This document shows positions 23,810-24,594 of a stretch of 24,594 bases of DNA, one piece after another. The first letter of the stretch is position 1. The number at the start of each line of letters is the position of its first letter. The stretch comes from Candidatus Heimdallarchaeota archaeon. Lineage in GTDB: Archaea; Asgardarchaeota; Heimdallarchaeia; Heimdallarchaeales; Heimdallarchaeaceae. The stretch spans positions 1-24,594 of the forward strand of contig DXJF01000007.1 of the NCBI GenBank assembly GCA_019057375.1. The letters are read 5' to 3'. The notes under the pieces are model-generated. The model was not told the DNA's origin. It made no database searches and saw only the letters and a list, made by a program, of their open reading frames with translations. Position numbers and translations under genes: made by a program.

Positions 23810-24594
23810 ATGAATAATGAAGAAGATTCAAATGACATGCTAGATTGGGACAAAAAAAATGTTACAAGATTTGCTCAATTTTTGTATAATTTAGCTAAAG
23901 AAAGAGTTCAAACAGATAGAGATACCACAGAATCTACAGAGGACGAAATTGTTGAAGAATTAATTCTATTAGATGAATCTTTAGAACAGGAGTTTCTTGA
24001 TGAACCTCTAGACACACCGAAAGTTGAGGAAGAGATTTTTGAAGAAGATGATCTAGAAGTTGAAAGTGATTTAGAGCAAGAATTAGAGGAAGTAACGATT
24101 GGATTAGCTAAAGCTGTTTCTGGAGAAGAAGTTGGAGAAATTGATGTTAGTGATATAGAAGAGATAAGGGAAATAATAGAAAAAGAGCAAATTCCTATTC
24201 CTTCTGAGAATATTGCAATTTCCACTGAAGCTATATTACAAGAAGAATCACTTGAGACACAAACAAGTATAGAACTAGCCCAAGAATTCGAAGTTGATCA
24301 ACAGATTGAAGAACTAGAATCTGTTAATCTCTCACAACCCATTGTTACTGACCCAGTTATCAATAAGGAAGTTTTTGTGCAACCCGAAAATATACCAGAA
24401 GATATTCATAATTTAGTTTTTGTTGAAGAAGCACAAAGTATGCCAATTATTAAAGATGAAATTATAATTACAGATAGTGCCCAAGAGACAGAAGTAGTTC
24501 AAGAGACAGAAGTAGTTCAAGAGACAGAAGTAGTTCAAGAGGTAGAAGTAGTTCAAGAGACAGAAGTAGTTCAAGAGGTAGAAGTAGTTCAAGA
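23810..24594 (+). CDS. highly acidic low-complexity protein, 5' part only (runs off window end)
   Basis: Hand translation from ATG at 23810: MNNEEDSNDMLDWDKKNVTRFAQFLYNLAKER..., open to the window end and very Glu-rich. Absent from the track because there is no stop in the window. Confidence 0.85.
   Translation, partial: MNNEEDSNDMLDWDKKNVTRFAQFLYNLAKERVQTDRDTTESTEDEIVEELILLDESLEQEFLDEPLDTPKVEEEIFEEDDLEVESDLEQELEEVTIGLAKAVSGEEVGEIDVSDIEEIREIIEKEQIPIPSENIAISTEAILQEESLETQTSIELAQEFEVDQQIEELESVNLSQPIVTDPVINKEVFVQPENIPEDIHNLVFVEEAQSMPIIKDEIIITDSAQETEVVQETEVVQETEVVQEVEVVQETEVVQEVEVVQ
24482..24594 (+). repeat. coding tandem repeat, 18 bp x at least 6.3
   Basis: CAAGAG(AC/GT)AGAAGTAGTT, encoding QETEVV/QEVEVV in the order T,T,T,V,T,V. 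Confidence 0.95.

Noticed and set aside
21803-24225. ORFs 21803..22018 (+) and 23908..24225 (-)
   Set aside because: Ser-rich antisense mirrors of the JAMM gene and the Glu-rich gene.
24482-24594. 18-bp tandem repeat as a CRISPR or regulatory array
   Set aside because: No spacers, length divisible by three, and in frame within an open CDS.

Overview
AT-rich (about 30% GC, by eye), archaeal-type DNA. The evidence is TTTATATA boxes, GGAGG/GAGGTG ribosome-binding sites, a CofE homologue and an Rpn11-like JAMM protease. An Asgard/Heimdallarchaeia-like host is plausible but is only an inference. About 1-15.2 kb looks like an accessory/mobile island with four blocks. (i) A dense cluster of tiny DNA-binding regulators, followed by a co-oriented module: Zn-ribbon, putative tandem winged-helix protein, N-domain-less AAA+ ATPase with Pch2/TRIP13-like motifs, small proteins, and a zinc-hook SMC/Rad50-like ATPase resembling haloarchaeal Sph/ASRP. 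(ii) A degraded non-coding interval. (iii) Defence-type cargo: a SIR2-like protein and a convergent TIGR04255 / small ORF / PemK-MazF-like three-gene operon. (iv) A coupled operon of wHTH/Zn-finger proteins next to 10-bp-periodic iteron-like repeats. No integrase or intact tRNA is visible. About 15.4-24.6 kb looks like host chromosome: three membrane proteins, a P-loop ATPase-wHTH, galK, a folP-cofE pair, a tail-anchored JAMM protease, a kinase-fold protein, and a truncated acidic protein with an 18-bp tandem repeat. All family assignments come from motif recognition by eye; no searches were run.
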